52,349 nt of DNA from a virus, in the IMG/VR virus record IMGVR_UViG_3300028898_000107. One strand, 5' to 3'. Below, one piece after another: positions 30,591 through 39,543 of this stretch; within the stretch, counting starts at the first letter, position 1; each line of letters opens with the position of its first letter. The position numbers and the translations under genes are program-made. The notes beneath the pieces were generated by a model, which was not told the origin of the DNA, did no database searches, and saw only the letters and a list, made by a program, of their open reading frames with translations.

Positions 30591-31341
30591 TGCTTCAACC
30601 GCAGAGCTTCGACGGTTAGCCCGTCAACGGTTCGCGAAGGCGCATCGGCTCGAAGCCTCCTACCTGCGGCAACTGCAGGGAGTGGTTCGGCAGATCGACG
30701 CCATCGTCAAAGGGATGGCCCCGCAGGGAGTGGTTCATGATCTGCCTGGGATACAGCGAGTCCTCAACCAATACTCGGAGACCATCCGTCCTTGGGCGAA
30801 GTCTGTGGCTGAGAGGATTCTGGCCGAGATCTCGCGCAGAGATGAGGCGGCCTGGCATGAGTTAGGGAAGGAGACCGGACGAGCCCTGCGCAAGGAGATC
30901 CAGTCTGCTCCCACAGGAGAGGCGCTGCGGATCCTCCTTGACGAGCAAGTGACGTTGATCACCAGCCTGCCGACAGAAGCCGGCCAGAGGGTGCATAGGC
31001 TGACCCTGGAGGCGATCGCCGACAGTAGTCGGGCGAAGGAGATCGCGAAGGACATTCTGCGAACCGGAAAGGTCACAGAGAGCCGTGCAAAGCTGATAGC
31101 TCGGACCGAGGTCGCCAGGACTGCAGCAGGTCTCACCCAAGTTCGAGCTGAGCATGTGGGGATTGAGGCCTATATTTGGAGAACCAGTGGAGACGTGGAT
31201 GTTCGAGACAGCCATAAGAAAATGAATGGAAAAGTAGTTCTTTATAGTCAACCTCCAGAAGTAGACCCGGGTAAGTTTTACCATGCTGGAACCTTTCCCA
31301 ATTGTAGATGTTATCAAGAACCCATCCTCCCGAATGAGTAG
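30565..31341 (+). CDS. Mu F-like / SPP1 gp7-like head morphogenesis protein
   Basis: ARTEVARTAAG...DVRDSHKKMNGKVV...FPNCRCYQEPI motifs. Confidence 0.8.
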   Translation: MMCSLLTNDASTAELRRLARQRFAKAHRLEASYLRQLQGVVRQIDAIVKGMAPQGVVHDLPGIQRVLNQYSETIRPWAKSVAERILAEISRRDEAAWHELGKETGRALRKEIQSAPTGEALRILLDEQVTLITSLPTEAGQRVHRLTLEAIADSSRAKEIAKDILRTGKVTESRAKLIARTEVARTAAGLTQVRAEHVGIEAYIWRTSGDVDVRDSHKKMNGKVVLYSQPPEVDPGKFYHAGTFPNCRCYQEPILPNE

Positions 31342-31972
31342 AGTCTCCTTCTTGTATAAGATAGATTTTCCAAATGGGAAAGGTTATATTGGAATATCCA
31401 TAGACCCTCTTCGACGATGGAAGACCCATCTGAGGAGGGCAAAGAGGGAATCATCCCTTCCAGTGCACAATGCCTTACGTAAATTTCCCGAGGCCGCTTT
31501 CAAAGTGCTCGCTAAAGGTGAACTGGAGTATATACAAGAATTAGAGATTAAGGCCATTGCTCTGTTTGAAACCCTAGTCCCGAAGGGATATAATTTGGGA
31601 CTCGGCGGAACCGTTGGGCCTATGTTGAACCCGCTAACCTCAGCAAAAGTCTCAGCTTCTAAGATGGGACACTTCGTCTCTGAGGAGACTAGGAGAAAGC
31701 AGTCATTAGCACAACTGGCCAGATTTGCTAAGCCTGGGGCCATCTCCGAGGAGACCCGAAGAAAGCTCTGTGGAAGAGTCCCTCCCCTAAAAGGAAAGAC
31801 TCATTCTGAAGAAGCTAAGGATAAAATAAGGGCCAAAAGGGCGCTTCAGGTTATGTCGGGAGAGTCTCAACGTCAACTGAATATACGACGTAGAGAATGG
31901 ATAGCTAGCACGGGATTTACTGGCTGCTTTCAGAAAATCACCAAGGCTATGATGGACTCAACCGATGAATAA
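31334..31972 (+). CDS. GIY-YIG homing endonuclease with NUMOD3-like repeats
   Basis: FLYKIDFPNGKGYIGIS...R...H...ALRKF...E (GIY-YIG core). Three SEETRRK/SEEAKDK repeats. Lower GC. Overlaps both flanking genes. Confidence 0.8.
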   Translation: MSRVSFLYKIDFPNGKGYIGISIDPLRRWKTHLRRAKRESSLPVHNALRKFPEAAFKVLAKGELEYIQELEIKAIALFETLVPKGYNLGLGGTVGPMLNPLTSAKVSASKMGHFVSEETRRKQSLAQLARFAKPGAISEETRRKLCGRVPPLKGKTHSEEAKDKIRAKRALQVMSGESQRQLNIRRREWIASTGFTGCFQKITKAMMDSTDE

Positions 31973-33560
31973 AGCTGCCGGAATACTCTTCATAGCCAAT
32001 GGCAAAGCTCTGCTACTCAAGCGAGGCGATGGCTACTGGGGTCTACCTGGTGGACACCTCGAGCCTGGCGAGACCGACCGAGAAGCTGCCATCCGGGAAA
32101 CGTTCGAGGAGTGCCAGTATCGAGTGAGAGACCCGATCGAGAGACACTCGGTTGCAATCTCACCAGAGGTGAGCTTCACCACGTTCCTGTGTGAAGTACC
32201 CGAAGAGTTCCGGCCAGTGCTGAACCACGAGCACACTGCTTACCTGTGGACGTCAGAGGTACCGGACTCCACACACCCGATGTTGACCAATATACTGCGA
32301 GGGATTATGATCAAACGTCATTCGAGAGATGCAACCAATCACCTGGGAGAGAAGACCTACCGCACCTATGCCGCTTGGCGGGCTGCCTGTAAGGTAGCCA
32401 ATCCCTCTGTACGGTTCGAGGGCGACAGCGAGATCTGCCATGCCCTGCCGAACGTCGGTGAGTGGGACGGTGAGACCGGAGTCGTGTACGCACAGAAGGC
32501 GAAGGATGCTCTCTCTGAGGCCGATAAGCAGGCTCGTATTCAACGGCTATCCAACCGAATGGGTGTATCCAAGAGCGTAGCTGAGAAAGAGCTAATCGCC
32601 GAGGAATGGGATGAGGCCGAGGCTGCTCTCAATCTACGGTCGATGGTCGGAGGAAAAGGGTTGGCGGGAAAGAGGTCGGAGGACGCCTCCCCTAAGGCAG
32701 AGGCCTTAAAGAGGAAGATTGAAGAGCTCTCAGGGTCTTTAGGGCTTGCTCGTGAAAAACGAAAGATGAAGACTGGGGGAGCCCAACACTATCAGTCACA
32801 AAGAGAAATGGATCTCTCCAAAAAGATCAGTGAGCTACGTCAAGAACTCCATCTCTTGGAATCCGCCCGAGACTCTTCTGACCTCGAGAAGACCTACACC
32901 AGTGAATTCCTCAAGCGGTTTGATGTGGCCAAGATGAAGCGTCTGGGCTACCAGGTAGTCTCCGAGGCGAAGAATCCCGAAGGCACCTACATGGTGACCT
33001 ATCGCAAGCGGTCGAAGGATGCTGTGGAGGGCGTGGTCTACAAGACCCTGGCCGAAGCAAAGGTCGCAGCTGAGCGGACTGGCGGCAAGGTCGAGCAGAA
33101 GTTCGACACGTCCAAGGAACCTCCCTACAATACCTACTGGATAGTGAAGCCCGCAGCGAAGGACGCCGGGACCTTCAAGGAGGAAGAACATCCCCGCGAG
33201 GGAGGCAAATTCACTTCGAAAGGCGGATCATCGAAGACCGAGAAGATGGCTACTGGTCCTACCGAGTCCGATGTCAAGAGGGTCACTGGAGAATATAACC
33301 AGGCGCTGGCCAGCTATCGCCAGGCCCACAAGGAAATGGAGGGAGCCCTGCAGGAAGCGGCGAAGGGGTTCTCCAAAGACCCAAGTGAGCGGTGGAATCA
33401 AGTCGTGAAGTTCAAGAAGGACTTCCTCAAACCCCATGAGCAGAAGCTCAACAAGGCGGAGAAGAAGGCGAACGAGGCTATCACCGCTCTGAGCAAAGCC
33501 GACGGGAAGAACCGCCCATTGGTCGGGTTCAAAGGGACTCCAGGAGGCCGCTTTGGATAG
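31965..33560 (+). CDS. large protein with N-terminal NUDIX hydrolase domain and long charged C-terminal region
   Basis: NUDIX box GGHLEPGETDREAAIRETFEECQY. C-terminal KDAGTFKEEEHPREGGKFTSKGG motif. 531 aa. Confidence 0.75.
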   Translation: MNKAAGILFIANGKALLLKRGDGYWGLPGGHLEPGETDREAAIRETFEECQYRVRDPIERHSVAISPEVSFTTFLCEVPEEFRPVLNHEHTAYLWTSEVPDSTHPMLTNILRGIMIKRHSRDATNHLGEKTYRTYAAWRAACKVANPSVRFEGDSEICHALPNVGEWDGETGVVYAQKAKDALSEADKQARIQRLSNRMGVSKSVAEKELIAEEWDEAEAALNLRSMVGGKGLAGKRSEDASPKAEALKRKIEELSGSLGLAREKRKMKTGGAQHYQSQREMDLSKKISELRQELHLLESARDSSDLEKTYTSEFLKRFDVAKMKRLGYQVVSEAKNPEGTYMVTYRKRSKDAVEGVVYKTLAEAKVAAERTGGKVEQKFDTSKEPPYNTYWIVKPAAKDAGTFKEEEHPREGGKFTSKGGSSKTEKMATGPTESDVKRVTGEYNQALASYRQAHKEMEGALQEAAKGFSKDPSERWNQVVKFKKDFLKPHEQKLNKAEKKANEAITALSKADGKNRPLVGFKGTPGGRFG

Positions 33561-33915
33561 AGGAGTACTTGGTCTTTTTCTGGTCGCCCTTCTTCTGGTC
33601 GTCGTAGTGGCCGCTTATCCGTCCGAGAGACCCATCTCAGGCCTCACTCTGGAGGTGGTCACCGCCGAGGAAGGAAAGGCCAAGGGGTTATCTGGTCGGG
33701 ACTTTCTTCCTGAGCACCAGGGGATGCTGTTCGTCTGGCAAGAGGTCGCCCAGAGGTGTATGTGGGGAAAGGATCTCAGGTTCGATATAGACCTGCTGTT
33801 CCTAGACGGTAAAGGTACTTTGGTTCGTCATGAGCCTCTGGATGCCGGAGACCCTTCGCCTCACTGTCATGAGGCACAATACGTGTTGGAAGTAAATCGA
33901 GGAGAGCCTGTATGA
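33553..33915 (+). CDS. DUF192-like protein with N-terminal membrane anchor
   Basis: AGGAGG lies 5 nt before TTG 33553. LGLFLVALLLVVVVAAY anchor. KGLSGRDFLPEHQGMLFVW...DIDLLFLD...AQYVLEVNRG pattern. Confidence 0.6.
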   Translation: MDRGVLGLFLVALLLVVVVAAYPSERPISGLTLEVVTAEEGKAKGLSGRDFLPEHQGMLFVWQEVAQRCMWGKDLRFDIDLLFLDGKGTLVRHEPLDAGDPSPHCHEAQYVLEVNRGEPV

Positions 33916-34325
33916 AGCTGCTTCAACTGTCCGTCCTATCCATGGTCATCTGCCTCCTTCTGGCGGCATCCGGGATCAAGTTGGGATACCAGTCGGCCGA
34001 GGCTTACTATCCGACTGTTCAAACTGAAGCCTTCACCCCTACGGGTATGGCCACCCTGACTGTGAGCCAAGTATCCTCGTCCGTTCCTCTGGCCTCTACG
34101 GGGGCGAGTTCTCCCGCTGCTACCATTGCGGTCATTCAGAACCTGGGCGCTAAGACCGCGTACGTGGCCCTGGGGGCCGCCTCGAACGTGACTGCTACGG
34201 TCTCTGGCGGGTTCCCCATCATGGCCTCCCAAAAGGCCTCTTTGACGGTCCGTGACTCGAAATATCTGGCAGCTATCGCTGCTACTGGCGAATCCACAGT
34301 ACTGTCTGTGGCTACGGGGTACTAA
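33912..34325 (+). CDS. exported beta-rich protein (signal peptide)
   Basis: ATGA-coupled. MKLLQLSVLSMVICLLLAASG signal-like N-terminus. S/T/A/V-rich. Confidence 0.65.
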   Translation: MKLLQLSVLSMVICLLLAASGIKLGYQSAEAYYPTVQTEAFTPTGMATLTVSQVSSSVPLASTGASSPAATIAVIQNLGAKTAYVALGAASNVTATVSGGFPIMASQKASLTVRDSKYLAAIAATGESTVLSVATGY

Positions 34326-34326
34326 G

Positions 34327-35229
34327 ATGAGACACTTCCTTCTTCTGTTGATCCTGTGGGCCTCGCAGGCTGGCGCATATCAGGTCTTCCAGGGGCCTCC
34401 GGCCGGTAAGACCTCAGACACTGCGGTTCTTGTGACCCCTACTGGGTCCACAGTGGTCACAGAAGAGGGGTTGGTAGGAACCATTCCCTACCATGATCTC
34501 ATCCGTCTTGGGAAGATCCCAGGGCATTCCCCATTCCGAGGATTCGGCCAACGCCCATCGTTGAGTACTGTGGCCACCGGAGACGATATCTGGACAGGAA
34601 CGGCTACGACCATTCCCATACCTGATCAAACTACGGGGGATGCCCTCACCTGCGTCTCCACTTCGGCAGCGGATGCGTCTCCCTCTGGGGCAAATGTCCG
34701 TAAGATTGACCTGCACTACCTGACCCTGGCCGGAGCAGAGGCCCATGCTAACATCTCCTTGAATGGAACCACTCCGGTCTCTACGGGATTGACGGGAGTT
34801 CGGCACATCCAGTACATTCACTCAGAGGAAACCTCTGGGTATGGGGTAGCTGCGGCTGGGGTCATTACCTGCTACCGAACGGGAGACGCCGCTCGGGTCT
34901 ATGCCCAGATCCCCATCGGGGCTAACGTCTCCCTGAACTCCCAGCGAATGGTACCGGCTGGGAAGACGTTCTACATGAACTATATCTCGGTGTCCGGAGC
35001 CAGTGGAAAACCCTTGTCCGTGAGGCTGAGAGCCACTAATGACTTCGAGGGCCTTCTCACCCCTGGGATATTCATCTTCAATGAGGTCTACTTCCTACAG
35101 GATTCTGTGACTTCCTTAAACCTCAGCATACCGCGAAAGTTCCCGGCCCTGAGTATCATCAAGGCAACCGTCTACTCCACCCAGGCGGGAGGAGATGTGT
35201 CCGTCTCCTATGGCGGTTGGATAGAGTAA
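34327..35229 (+). CDS. exported protein (signal peptide), about 300 aa
   Basis: ATG 34327 lies 1 nt after the previous stop. MRHFLLLLILWASQAGA/YQ is a canonical signal peptide. The track start 34252 overlaps the upstream gene. Confidence 0.65.
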   Translation: MRHFLLLLILWASQAGAYQVFQGPPAGKTSDTAVLVTPTGSTVVTEEGLVGTIPYHDLIRLGKIPGHSPFRGFGQRPSLSTVATGDDIWTGTATTIPIPDQTTGDALTCVSTSAADASPSGANVRKIDLHYLTLAGAEAHANISLNGTTPVSTGLTGVRHIQYIHSEETSGYGVAAAGVITCYRTGDAARVYAQIPIGANVSLNSQRMVPAGKTFYMNYISVSGASGKPLSVRLRATNDFEGLLTPGIFIFNEVYFLQDSVTSLNLSIPRKFPALSIIKATVYSTQAGGDVSVSYGGWIE

Positions 35230-35295
35230 GCTTGCATCACGGCGAATCTGCGCCGCCGTATCAAGAGCGCAGAAATCGACGAGAAGGAACCTAAT

Positions 35296-35748
35296 ATGAA
35301 AAAGCTTCTGCAACTCTTTGCCCTGGTGGCGGCGATGGGTCTGGGCCTGTTCGCCAGTGCTTATGCTGAGACCTACCCAGTCACCAATCCGACCTATATC
35401 CCGAATGCTCGTGGCACAGCTTTCACCGTGGCCTCGAACGTGGCCGCTACTCCCCTGACTCTCAACGGTATCGGTACCGTGGCCTTGCAGCTGTCGGGTA
35501 CTTGCACCGGCCTCCAAGGGCGGATGCAAGGTACTGTGGATGATACGAACTATGTCACTCTCAACATGTACCCGTACAACGCCACCTTAGCTGCTTCGGC
35601 GGTTACTTCCGTTAGCGGTACGACTGGCACCTGGGTGATGAACACCGCGGGATACTCGAAGGTTCGTATGAATAATACGGGGGTGTCTACTTCCACCTGT
35701 GTTGGTCGTCTGGTCGGTTCGTCGGCAGCCTTCGCCCTACCACGATAG
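35296..35748 (+). CDS. exported protein (signal peptide), two Cys
   Basis: MKKLLQLFALVAAMGLGLFASAYA/ETYP is a canonical signal peptide with an AxA site. Its N-terminus resembles that of the 33912 product. Confidence 0.7.
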   Translation: MKKLLQLFALVAAMGLGLFASAYAETYPVTNPTYIPNARGTAFTVASNVAATPLTLNGIGTVALQLSGTCTGLQGRMQGTVDDTNYVTLNMYPYNATLAASAVTSVSGTTGTWVMNTAGYSKVRMNNTGVSTSTCVGRLVGSSAAFALPR

Positions 35749-35806
35749 TACTCCGGCCGTAGCCTCTACTGGGGGCTACCACAGCAGTATTAACATAGGA
35801 GACAGT

Positions 35807-37159
35807 ATGAACTTCCATACCATCGAAAAGCTTGGGCCTAAGCAGAGCCTGACCCCAGAAGGATTCCTGCTATGCGAAGAGGTCCCCATCGCCCGCACGG
35901 GGATGCTGATCTATGGACCGAATGAGACCCCGATCAAGGCCGGAGCTGAAGGGCTAGTCAAGATCCACCGTGAGGAGGAAGAGGTCTTCCGGCCAGAGTC
36001 CATCGCCAGTGCCCAAGGAAAGCCAGTCACGGATGATCACCCAGACGAGGATGTCAACCCGGAGAACTGGAAAGAACTAGCCGTCGGAACTGCTCTCAAT
36101 GTTCGAAGAGGGGTAGGGGCGATGGACGACCTGTTATTGGCCGACTTCCTGATCACCTCTAAGGAAGGAATCGAGGCCATTCGCAGCGGAAGGAAGACAG
36201 AGGTCTCCTGTGGTTATGAAGCGGACTACGAGGAAATCTCTGAAGGGGTAGGAAGGCAGAAGAATATCATCATCAATCATATCGCGTTGGTCGAGAATGG
36301 TCGCTGTGGCCCGCGATGTGCAGTAGGCGACCGGAACTCAACTAAGGAGGTAAACATGGCAGCAAAGAAAGGAAACAAATTCCTTGATACCCTGATGAAG
36401 GCGTTCAAGGCAAAGGACGCCGAGGAGGTCGAGCAGTTGGCTCAAGACCTCGAGACTGTGAAAGGCGGGGAAGAAGGCGACACCCACATCCACATCCACA
36501 ACGGAAATGGTGAGGCCAGGCCGGAGGTTCTGGATGAAGAAGGACAACGCATCCGGTTCACCGACGACTTGATCCAGGAACACATTGACCGCAATGATGC
36601 TGAACATGCTGAGATGCGAGCCGAGATCGAGACTCTCAAGGAGATGGTCGCTCAACTCTCTGGCAATTCCGAAGGTGCTACCGACGGAGATCCGGATGAG
36701 CAGACCGAACAGGCCCTGCGTGATGAAGCACCGGAGGGCATGGAAGAGCAGGCGGCTAAGGCCAAGGACTCTGCCTATCTGGCTGACTCCTTCCAGGATG
36801 CGGCTTCTCAGGCCGAGATCTTGGTTCCTGGCGTGAAGATCCCGGTCTTCGATGGTGCGGCTAAGCCGACTCAATCCCTGAAGAAGCTGTGCCACTTCCG
36901 TCGCGGCGTTCTGGACTTGGCCTATAACCAGCCGGCAACTCGTGGCATCATCGACGAGCTGTTGGACGGCAAGTCTTTGGACACCAAGTCCATGACCTGC
37001 GATGCCATCCGCACGATGTTCCGGTCGGCGGCAGCGATGAAGAGGGCCTTGAACAACCAGCCGGCAGGACGCACCAGCGACCAGTCCGGAGCGGCAAAAG
37101 GTCCCGTGACCCTGGCGGAGCTCAACCGTCGCAATTCCGAGCACTGGAATCTCGGCTAA
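35807..37159 (+). CDS. DUF2213-like prohead protease/scaffold fusion with nested internal start at 36356
   Basis: TAGGAG precedes ATG 35807. GKPVTDDHP...VSCGYEADY pattern in the N-terminal half. In-frame ATG 36356 is preceded by AAGGAGG. The C-terminal half is acidic and helical. Confidence 0.7.
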   Translation: MNFHTIEKLGPKQSLTPEGFLLCEEVPIARTGMLIYGPNETPIKAGAEGLVKIHREEEEVFRPESIASAQGKPVTDDHPDEDVNPENWKELAVGTALNVRRGVGAMDDLLLADFLITSKEGIEAIRSGRKTEVSCGYEADYEEISEGVGRQKNIIINHIALVENGRCGPRCAVGDRNSTKEVNMAAKKGNKFLDTLMKAFKAKDAEEVEQLAQDLETVKGGEEGDTHIHIHNGNGEARPEVLDEEGQRIRFTDDLIQEHIDRNDAEHAEMRAEIETLKEMVAQLSGNSEGATDGDPDEQTEQALRDEAPEGMEEQAAKAKDSAYLADSFQDAASQAEILVPGVKIPVFDGAAKPTQSLKKLCHFRRGVLDLAYNQPATRGIIDELLDGKSLDTKSMTCDAIRTMFRSAAAMKRALNNQPAGRTSDQSGAAKGPVTLAELNRRNSEHWNLG

Positions 37160-37190
37160 CTACCCACAACCTCAAAAAGGAGTAACACAG

Positions 37191-37730
37191 ATGAAACGTA
37201 TGAAGACTCGTGATGTGGCCTTTCAATACCGGATGGGCGCAGGCTTCGCCGGTGATGTCAACCGTACCCACCCGGCAACCATCGAACCCTGCCTGATCGA
37301 CGATGCCGCACCGCCGGCTATCTTCGGCCAGCTGGTCTTGGTCGACCCGACCACTCAGGGCGTTCGCCCGTTCACCACCGGTGACGCCTCGCAGGCTGCC
37401 TATGGCGTGACGGTTCGCCCTTACCCGTACCAGCAGTCTACTGCAGCTCTGGCGAATGCTCAAGCCAATCTGGGCAATGCAGTGGCTCCGGTCTCTGGCA
37501 TCATGGACGTTCTGCGCGCAGGTTATATTCTGGCTCAAGTGAACGTCGGCCAAACCGCTCCGGTGAAAAATGGCAACGTCTACGTCCGCGTAGCGGCCAC
37601 TTCCGGAAACCACATCATTGGCCAGCTGGAGACTGCATCCGACGGTGGCAACAACGTTCTGGTGACCAACTGCAAGTTCAACGGCGGTACCGATGCTAAT
37701 GGCGTAGCTGAGCTCGCCTTCAACATCTAA
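37191..37730 (+). CDS. head decoration / cement protein (DUF2190-like)
   Basis: 179 aa, G/A/V-rich. It lies between the scaffold and major capsid genes and has strongly biased codon usage. Confidence 0.55.
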   Translation: MKRMKTRDVAFQYRMGAGFAGDVNRTHPATIEPCLIDDAAPPAIFGQLVLVDPTTQGVRPFTTGDASQAAYGVTVRPYPYQQSTAALANAQANLGNAVAPVSGIMDVLRAGYILAQVNVGQTAPVKNGNVYVRVAATSGNHIIGQLETASDGGNNVLVTNCKFNGGTDANGVAELAFNI

Positions 37731-37757
37731 TCCCACATTCAATAGAGAGGAACACAG

Positions 37758-38882
37758 ATGAAACAAAGCAAACTGATCCTGCCGACGAGCTTTCGTCGTA
37801 AGACCCGCGATATCATGACCTTCGACTCGGGCTACCGCACGATCGATGCTCAGGGTAACATGTTGGGCAAGCCCTTGGGCAATTCCTTCAAGACTACGGA
37901 CGGCCGCACGGTCGACTCCACCGGCGCCTTCCTGGTCGGTGAACTCGAACGCCTCGACCTGACTCTGCATGAGCCGCTGGCTGCGGTGACCTGGGGTCGC
38001 GATATCGACCTGCGCGAAGACGTGACCATCGCCGATGAAGTTTCCAGCTTCACCTTGTCGAGCTTCGGTTCGGCTGGCGGGCTGGGGGCGGGCAATGGTA
38101 TTGGCAACGGCAAGGCCTGGATTGGCAAAGACACCAACCAGATCACGGGCATCTCGGCCGACATCGCCAAGGTTCCGCACCCGCTGCACCCCTGGGCAAT
38201 GGAGTTGAAGTACACCATCCTGGAGCTGGAAAGCGCCGCTAAGCTGGGTCGCCCAGTGGATGCCCAGAAGTATGAAGGCCTGGTCCTGAAGCACCAGATG
38301 GACATCGACGAGCAAGTCTACATCGGCGATACCTCCATGGGCGTTACTGGCCTGATCAACAACTCCCTGGTGACCAACGTTGGCAACCTCCCGAACGGTG
38401 CTGCAGGTTCTCCCCTGTGGAGCCAGAAGACTCCTGACGAGATCCTGGCCGACGTCAACACCGCACTGACTTCTGTCTGGGCGGCGTCTGGCTGGGCGGT
38501 CATCCCGGGTCGTCTGCTGCTGCCGCCTGCACAGTTCGGCTACATCAGCACCCAGAAGGTGTCCAATGCCGGCAATGTCTCCATCCTCAAGTATATCCAA
38601 GAGAACAACCTGTTGACTACTTCGGGCAAGGGCAAGCTGGAGATCCTGCCGCTGAAGTGGCTGGTAGGCGCAGGAGTTGGTGGTACCATCGGCAGCACTG
38701 GAACTGTGGACCGTATGGTGGTCTACACCAAGGAGAAGAAGCGTGTTCGCTATCCGATGACCTTGCTGCAGCGCACTCCCATCCAGTATGACAGCATCTA
38801 TCACAAGACGACGTACTTCTGTCGTCTGGGTGCTACTGAGGTGGTGTACCCTGAGACCATCGGCTACTTCGATGGCCTGTAA
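37758..38882 (+). CDS. major capsid protein (DUF2184-like, HK97-fold expected)
   Basis: 374 aa. Position after the scaffold and decoration genes. Strongest codon bias in the genome (Arg only CGT/CGC). Followed by a hairpin. Confidence 0.75.
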   Translation: MKQSKLILPTSFRRKTRDIMTFDSGYRTIDAQGNMLGKPLGNSFKTTDGRTVDSTGAFLVGELERLDLTLHEPLAAVTWGRDIDLREDVTIADEVSSFTLSSFGSAGGLGAGNGIGNGKAWIGKDTNQITGISADIAKVPHPLHPWAMELKYTILELESAAKLGRPVDAQKYEGLVLKHQMDIDEQVYIGDTSMGVTGLINNSLVTNVGNLPNGAAGSPLWSQKTPDEILADVNTALTSVWAASGWAVIPGRLLLPPAQFGYISTQKVSNAGNVSILKYIQENNLLTTSGKGKLEILPLKWLVGAGVGGTIGSTGTVDRMVVYTKEKKRVRYPMTLLQRTPIQYDSIYHKTTYFCRLGATEVVYPETIGYFDGL

Positions 38883-38893
38883 GCAGTAAACCC

Positions 38894-38916
38894 GGAGCCT
38901 GTTAATCGCAGGCTCC
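38894..38916 (+). terminator. hairpin after the capsid gene (partial terminator/stabiliser candidate)
   Basis: GGAGCCTG-ttaatcg-CAGGCTCC, 12 nt after the stop. There is no T-tract. Confidence 0.35.
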
Positions 38917-38942
38917 CAATTAACCCGTGAGGAGCAAATAAA

Positions 38943-39326
38943 ATGGCTAGGAGAGACAGCAACAAGCAACCCACCTATGAGTCTGACCTGGAGAAGGCCT
39001 CGGTCGAAGTGTCCAACGGTATGTCGGAAGAAGACGCGGTAGCCGCGATTCTGGCCGACTGGGAGGTTGACCCGGAGGACGTTCAAGCCCACATCCGCCA
39101 GCGAGTGGAAGAGCTGAAGGCCGAAGCGGAAGCTAAGGCAGCTAAGAAGGATACCCCGAAGAAGTCCGGGGATACCGTCACCGTCACCGTGCCAAAGGCC
39201 TTCAAACTCCGTCTGGATCATAACACCGAGCTGAAGTTCGAAGCCGGTATCCAAGAGATGGACCCCAAGGTGGCCGAGCATTGGTTCGCGAAAGCTAACG
39301 GGGTCGAGGTCTACCAACCTAAGTAA
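38943..39326 (+). CDS. hypothetical head-associated protein
   Basis: GAGGAG precedes ATG 38943. 127 aa. Confidence 0.6.
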   Translation: MARRDSNKQPTYESDLEKASVEVSNGMSEEDAVAAILADWEVDPEDVQAHIRQRVEELKAEAEAKAAKKDTPKKSGDTVTVTVPKAFKLRLDHNTELKFEAGIQEMDPKVAEHWFAKANGVEVYQPK

Positions 39327-39336
39327 GGAGGTTAGC

Positions 39337-39543
39337 ATGCCGTTGATACAAAGTGGTTCTGAGAAAGCCCTGAGGGAAAATATCGCCACCGAGATCTCAC
39401 ACGGCAAGCCTCCCAAGCAGGCTGTGGCTATCGCCCACTCCATCCAACGGGCCAATGACGGCCCGTTGGATAACCTGCCGGAGTCGGTCTCACTGGCCTC
39501 TATCAATGAGATGAACCGGAAGTACTGGGAAACTCCAATATGA
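39337..39543 (+). CDS. small hypothetical protein
   Basis: AAGGAGG precedes ATG 39337. GSEKALRENIATEISHGKPPKQAVAIAHSI. Confidence 0.6.
   Translation: MPLIQSGSEKALRENIATEISHGKPPKQAVAIAHSIQRANDGPLDNLPESVSLASINEMNRKYWETPI

Noticed and set aside
36338-37144. 268-aa minus-strand ORF
   Set aside because: It is a shadow ORF opposite the scaffold gene.
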